The notes under the pieces are model-generated. The model was not told where the DNA came from, did not search any database, and saw nothing but the letters and a program-made list of their open reading frames with translations. This document shows positions 23,143 to 24,000 of a DNA stretch of 24,000 bases, one piece after another. Made by a program: the position numbers and the translations under genes. Numbering within the stretch: position 1 is the stretch's first letter; the number at the start of each line of letters is the position of its first letter. The DNA is from an uncultured Sulfolobales archaeon (GTDB lineage: Archaea; Thermoproteota; Thermoprotei_A; Sulfolobales; NBVN01): assembly GCA_938073905.1 (NCBI GenBank), contig CALJEN010000005.1:296716-320715 (forward strand), written 5' to 3'.

Positions 23143-24000
23143 CTAGACTATCTCGACGAACGCTTCGACCCTGACCGGCGGAGAGGTCTCCGATACGAGC
23201 TCTTCCTCGGGCTCTCTCGTGAACGCCGTGTAGCCCGTCCTCCCGACTCCGAGCACTCTGATCGGTCTAGTCAGGGGTATTCTGACCGCTCTGATGCGCA
23301 CCGGCTCCCTCAGCTCTCCGCGCTCCACCCTGAAGGCCGCCTGCGGCACGATCCTCACGTAGCCCTCCTCCAGGGAGGACGAGGCCGCTCCGTCTACGGC
23401 GAACCCCCTCTTCGTCTCCTCCAGGAGCTCCTCGTCCTTCCAGTCCCCGCTCTCGACCACCAGGGAAGTGTGGAGAAGCCCCACCTCGCCCAGGAGACCG
23501 TGAGTCGACCCCGGGTAGGAGCCGGCCTCGTAAGCCGTCCTGATGCTGTGGTGCGCGTCGATCGCGGAGCCCCCCTCGACGAGCCACCTCCTCCTCGCGA
23601 CGACCCCCTCGTCGTCGAAGAACCTCGCGGTGGGTCTGCGCAGGTCTCCCGGGGAGTCGTGTACCCTCACGTCGCTGCCCTCGAAGAGCCTCCTGCCCAG
23701 CACTGCGCGACCGCGGAGTCCGGCCAGGAGGTGCGATAGCTCGTGGAAGAGGGCTGTGGAAGCCTCGCGGAGGAGGACGACCTCGGCCCTCCCCATCTCG
23801 GTCAGGCTGGGTCTCCTCGCTGCGCTGAGGGCCTTGGCCCTATCCCTAGCTATCCTGAGGAGCTTCTCGAGCACACCCTCGACGCTCTCCCCTAGCCCCT
23901 CGACCACCACCCTGCTCAGCTCGACGGTCCCGGACCAGCCCTCTCTGCACCTAAGGGCTACTCGGACTTCGACCAGGCTCTTCTCCTCCAGAGCCTCCGC
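23143..24000 (-). CDS. TldD/PmbA-family metalloprotease, C-terminal ~285 aa; the N-terminus lies beyond the right window edge
   Basis: The C-terminal pattern GFAVDGAASSSLEEGYVRIVPQAAFRVERGELREPVRIRAVRIPLTRPIRVLGVG is typical of TldD/PmbA. FHELSH gives an HExxH-type metal site, as in the TldD branch. Manual translation shows the frame stays open from 23910 to 24000, so the GTG at 23910 in the track is not the true start. Confidence 0.75.
   Translation of the reverse strand, partial: AEALEEKSLVEVRVALRCREGWSGTVELSRVVVEGLGESVEGVLEKLLRIARDRAKALSAARRPSLTEMGRAEVVLLREASTALFHELSHLLAGLRGRAVLGRRLFEGSDVRVHDSPGDLRRPTARFFDDEGVVARRRWLVEGGSAIDAHHSIRTAYEAGSYPGSTHGLLGEVGLLHTSLVVESGDWKDEELLEETKRGFAVDGAASSSLEEGYVRIVPQAAFRVERGELREPVRIRAVRIPLTRPIRVLGVGRTGYTAFTREPEEELVSETSPPVRVEAFVEIV

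Overview
This is a GC-rich archaeal chromosome segment. BRE/TATA promoters sit about 30 nt upstream of gene or RNA starts, a tRNA carries an intron at position 37/38, and many genes have 1-10 nt start/stop overlaps, which together look crenarchaeal and hyperthermophile-like. From left to right: (1) a type I-B-like CRISPR-Cas effector operon on the minus strand (cas6, then cas8b-cas7-cas5-cas3; the cas3 HD domain runs off the left edge and is missing from the ORF track). It is divergent from a small plus-strand CRISPR array of 6 repeats and 5 spacers at 5184-5536. (2) A minus-strand Fe-S/sulfur-mobilisation operon (cysteine desulfurase, IscU-like scaffold, atypical TusA-like protein), followed by a DUF1286-like membrane protein and two paralogous extracytoplasmic thioredoxin-like proteins, one of them fused to a CcdA/DsbD membrane domain. 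(3) A four-subunit 2-oxoacid:ferredoxin oxidoreductase operon in delta-alpha-beta-gamma order. (4) A small Roadblock-like ORF. (5) An unusual HypC-hotdog thioesterase fusion. (6) A candidate C/D box sRNA. (7) A membrane H+-pyrophosphatase. (8) An acyl-CoA dehydrogenase-EtfB-EtfA operon. (9) A 980-bp gene-free gap containing a promoter-driven ~430-nt structured RNA that looks like RNase P RNA. (10) A MeaB/ArgK GTPase, an intron-containing tRNA-Pro(CGG), an M24B Xaa-Pro peptidase and a partial TldD-family gene. I see no obviously complete novel multi-gene system. The most unusual items are the HypC-thioesterase fusion, the large ncRNA gap, the atypical TusA-like gene abutting the CRISPR array, and the paired thioredoxin/CcdA module.
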